DNA from: a virus
DNA length: 15,235 nucleotides
Reading direction: 5' to 3' (one strand)
Virus record (IMG/VR): IMGVR_UViG_3300012352_000399
Span: 1-15,235 of that record
Shown piece by piece: positions 14,359-15,235 of the stretch (position 1 is the first letter of the stretch; each line of letters opens with the position of its first letter). Under the pieces are notes generated by a model. The model was given only the letters and a program-made list of their open reading frames with translations, was not told where the DNA came from and did no database searches. Position numbers and translations under genes: made by a program.

Positions 14359-14829
14359 TCAATTAATAACCTTTAATGATTGCTTAATAGACTCTGATCT
14401 CATCTTGGCTTCATTAAGCATATCTACGATTGCTAAGTCTGAGCCATCCTTTGATCTATTTTCATTGATATTAGTAGACTTACCTTCAATTAGATTGATT
14501 GTCTGTATAGCCTTATGTATAGCTGTAGATAACTTATTAATATCTTCTGCAAGTAGATCTTCTTCATATAGCTTCTCTATAGATCTATCTAATACTGCCT
14601 GTGCCGCCAATACTTTCTCTTTATCATTGTAGAATATAGCCAAATCCTTAGCCATTACCGCCAAAGAGTTAGCTGTTGGCATATCTATATTTCTCTGTGC
14701 ATAGAATCTCTTAGCTGTATGATAACTCTTAGGATATCCTAATGTTCTCATAGCTGGACCAATTCCCATTTCATTGGCCATTTCTATAAATTCGCTTACT
14801 TGTTCTTCTGTGAATACTGGATATCCCAT
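14359..14829 (-). CDS. terS: Terminase small subunit (putative)
   Basis: It is 156 aa and lies directly upstream of terL. It has an N-terminal HTH-like segment (EEQVSEFIEMANEMGIGPAMRTLGYPKSYHTAKRF), a coiled-coil-like remainder, and a TAGGAGT SD. Confidence 0.6.
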   Translation of the reverse strand: MGYPVFTEEQVSEFIEMANEMGIGPAMRTLGYPKSYHTAKRFYAQRNIDMPTANSLAVMAKDLAIFYNDKEKVLAAQAVLDRSIEKLYEEDLLAEDINKLSTAIHKAIQTINLIEGKSTNINENRSKDGSDLAIVDMLNEAKMRSESIKQSLKVIN

Positions 14830-14840
14830 GTTAAACTCCT

Positions 14841-14856
14841 ATTTTTATATATATAT
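14841..14856. repeat. AT-only tract with (TA)5 microsatellite
   Basis: atttttatatatatat sits just upstream of the terS SD and about 50-80 bp from the paired DnaA boxes. Confidence 0.7.
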
Positions 14857-14898
14857 CGCCATTTACGGAGGCGTTCCTGAATCGTAATACTAATATAT

Positions 14899-15075
14899 CT
14901 AAATCTCTGTGGATAAGTCTTTATTGCTTGTGGATAACTTCTTCTTCCATTTGGGATCTTGCTCCCATTTCTTTTTCTTTACTGATCTGGAAGCTACTTT
15001 ATCAAGGTTAGTTTCTCTTCTTATCCCATGTTTATTAGTATCTATTACTACTCTACTATTGGACTTTTGAGTCAT
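14899..15075 (-). CDS. Unannotated 58-aa highly basic ORF (below the ORF-track cut-off)
   Basis: Hand translation gives MTQKSNSRVVIDTNKHGIRRETNLDKVASRSVKKKKWEQDPKWKKKLSTSNKDLSTEI. AGGAG and GAGG elements precede the ATG. It is co-oriented with all other genes. Its 3' end contains both DnaA-box 9-mers, each read as Leu-Ser-Thr. Confidence 0.3.
   Translation of the reverse strand: MTQKSNSRVVIDTNKHGIRRETNLDKVASRSVKKKKWEQDPKWKKKLSTSNKDLSTEI
14908..14937 (-). promoter_or_regulatory. Two perfect DnaA-box 9-mers (TTATCCACA) in direct orientation, 21 bp centre to centre
   Basis: The plus strand shows TGTGGATAA at 14908..14916 and 14929..14937, which is TTATCCACA on the minus strand. I found no other exact copy in the window. 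Confidence 0.5.
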
Positions 15076-15185
15076 TCCGCCTCATCTCCTATTGTTCGGT
15101 CAAGGAATCGCCTCATTTGAGGACTTGCTTTGAAGGAGAAGCTGAACTCTTGTGTATCTGTCTCATTGAACATCTCTATTGTCAT
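15072..15185 (-). CDS. Possible 37-aa acidic ORF spanning the circularisation junction
   Basis: Hand translation gives MTIEMFNETDTQEFSFSFKASPQMRRFLDRTIGDEAE. Its TGA overlaps the ATG of the 58-aa ORF (GAATGAC). The SD is weak, so it could be non-coding. Confidence 0.2.
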   Translation of the reverse strand: MTIEMFNETDTQEFSFSFKASPQMRRFLDRTIGDEAE

Positions 15186-15235
15186 AACCAATATTCCATC
15201 TGGTCTATAGAATAGGTCTTTGGCATAGGGATATA
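15181..15235. repeat. 55-bp exact direct terminal repeat, copy 2 (identical to 1..55)
   Basis: Identical to 1..55 when compared base by base. Confidence 0.95.

Noticed and set aside
1083-14632. All 15 plus-strand ORFs in the track (1083..1271, 5268..5504, 6147..6368, 6265..6471, 6824..7030, 9274..9459, 9801..10040, 9905..10213, 10388..10726, 11006..11347, 11331..11792, 12069..12260, 13146..13391, 13458..13727, 14246..14632).
   Set aside because: Each lies antisense to a longer minus-strand ORF that has recognisable motifs or good synteny. Their products are low-complexity, Cys/Leu/Ser-rich and without motifs, and I saw no SD-like sequences for them. They are most likely shadow ORFs.
1-15235. 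CRISPR arrays, tRNA/rRNA genes, integrase/att sites, reverse transcriptase/DGR, toxin-antitoxin or known defence or anti-defence cassettes.
   Set aside because: I saw no spaced repeat arrays, no cloverleaf-like GC-rich segments of 70-90 nt in the few intergenic gaps, and no catalytic motifs of these families in any frame I read. Absence by eye is not proof.

Overview
The first 55 nt (1..55) are repeated exactly at 15181..15235, so the window appears to be one closed, circularly assembled replicon of 15,180 bp. Every credible gene is on the minus strand, and many neighbours share ATGA-type or longer start/stop overlaps. The content is a very small tailed-phage-like genome. Reading the minus strand, it runs: two sub-threshold small ORFs, TerS, TerL, portal, scaffold, HK97-fold major capsid protein, two small structural ORFs, and a hairpin/T-run terminator. 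These are followed by a giant 1858-aa ORF (5577 nt, about 37% of the genome) with four LamG/concanavalin-like repeats and a roughly 500-aa unassigned C-terminal region. Next come a small beta-sandwich protein, a gp6-like head-tail connector, a possible head-closure protein, a charge-segregated 238-aa protein and a 67-aa membrane (holin-like) protein. A perfect consensus sigma70 promoter then drives a short regulatory operon: a winged-HTH protein, an unannotated 41-aa zinc ribbon, an HNH endonuclease, a double zinc-ribbon protein and a 107-aa unknown, ending in a terminator. I recognise no DNA polymerase, primase, helicase, integrase, repressor, endolysin, tail tube, sheath or tape measure. The most notable points are the giant multi-LamG ORF in so small a genome, two perfect phased DnaA boxes next to an AT-rich tract, the consensus promoter with an RBS-overlapping palindrome, and the cluster of overlapping zinc-binding genes around the HNH. 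All functional calls come from reading motifs by eye; no searches were run.
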